A stretch of 35,991 nucleotides of DNA from Nitrospirota bacterium (GTDB taxonomy: Bacteria; Nitrospirota; Thermodesulfovibrionia; Thermodesulfovibrionales; JdFR-85). The notes beneath the pieces were generated by a model. The model was given only the letters and a program-made list of their open reading frames with translations. It was not told the DNA's origin and did no database searches. The translations under genes and the position numbers were made by a program. Below, piece after piece: positions 35,535 to 35,991 of this stretch. The stretch is taken from positions 1-35,991 of the forward strand of contig JAADGU010000011.1 in the NCBI GenBank assembly GCA_013152195.1, in the 5' to 3' direction. Every line of letters starts with the position of its first letter. Position 1 is the first letter of the stretch.

Positions 35535-35991
35535 ATGGGGGAAGAGTTTTCTATATCGAAATCTGCAGTTATTGATGCGAGCACAGGTTCGGTTTGGAGG
35601 GTTGTGGCAGATCCATTAAATGCGGCTATTTATCTTGATTCTGTAATCAATGTTAGAAGAGTAGAGGGTAATCTATACCTGCTGAGAGAAGTTGTTGCCC
35701 CTGAAAGAGAGGGTAACTTGACAATGAGTGAATGTCTGATGGAGGTGATCGAGTATGAAGAGAAGAAGAGCCTGATGTTCCGTGTTTATCTTGACTCTGT
35801 CAGACGAAAGGAGTTTGGTTTCCGGCTGGAGCCAAGGGGGAGAGAAAAGACAAAGATTACCTGCCTGGTTAAAAGGAACTTTGTGAGCGCAAGGAACGGA
35901 GAGATCGGTAGGGAAATTAATTCAATAATAAATAAAATTGCACGGATGGCGATGAAAAGGCCATCCACCCGCAGGATTTCAAAATTTGAAG
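35535..35991 (+). CDS. SRPBCC/START (polyketide cyclase-like) domain protein, runs off the window end
   Basis: Absent from the ORF track (no stop in window). Manual translation MGEEFSISKSAVIDASTGSVWRVVADP...MEVIEYE..KSL.F...FRLEPRG.EKTKIT fits the SRPBCC pattern; G-rich SD upstream. Confidence 0.7.
   Translation, partial: MGEEFSISKSAVIDASTGSVWRVVADPLNAAIYLDSVINVRRVEGNLYLLREVVAPEREGNLTMSECLMEVIEYEEKKSLMFRVYLDSVRRKEFGFRLEPRGREKTKITCLVKRNFVSARNGEIGREINSIINKIARMAMKRPSTRRISKFE

Noticed and set aside
35786-35968. 60-aa minus-strand ORF
   Set aside because: It is antisense to the longer SRPBCC-like reading frame starting at 35535.

Overview
Bacterial chromosomal window. Gene content and order suggest an anaerobic Nitrospirota (Thermodesulfovibrionia-like) or Desulfobacterota-like genome; this is an inference. 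From left to right: the 3' half of carB and an MtaD-like deaminase; a compound 7/8-bp tandem repeat; a 16-kb minus-strand flagellar cluster (FleQ/FlrA-like activator, exported TPR protein, split FleS-like PAS histidine kinase, FleR-like activator, flgBC-fliEFGHIJ-motE-like-fliK-flgDE) with three sigma54 promoters and candidate enhancer boxes; Lrp/AsnC and Toprim genes; a glucosylglycerate-synthase-like GT2 with a TM-helix channel-like gene; greA-pyrK-pyrD-DUF62; rpsO-pnp-M16 peptidase; and acs. The right end is a signalling block: HD-GYP response regulator, 8-Cys miniprotein, TPR lipoprotein, and a convergent, overlapping luxR/luxI quorum-sensing pair. Most notable: (i) luxI has no ATG/GTG/TTG upstream of its conserved N-terminal motif, so it probably starts at ATA; (ii) its lux box lies in a 40-bp palindrome shared with a divergent SRPBCC-family gene; (iii) two sigma54 promoters each sit exactly 15 nt before an SD-less ATG, suggesting near-leaderless mRNAs; (iv) the flagellar kinase is split at a (GA)3 tract inside its PAS domain.
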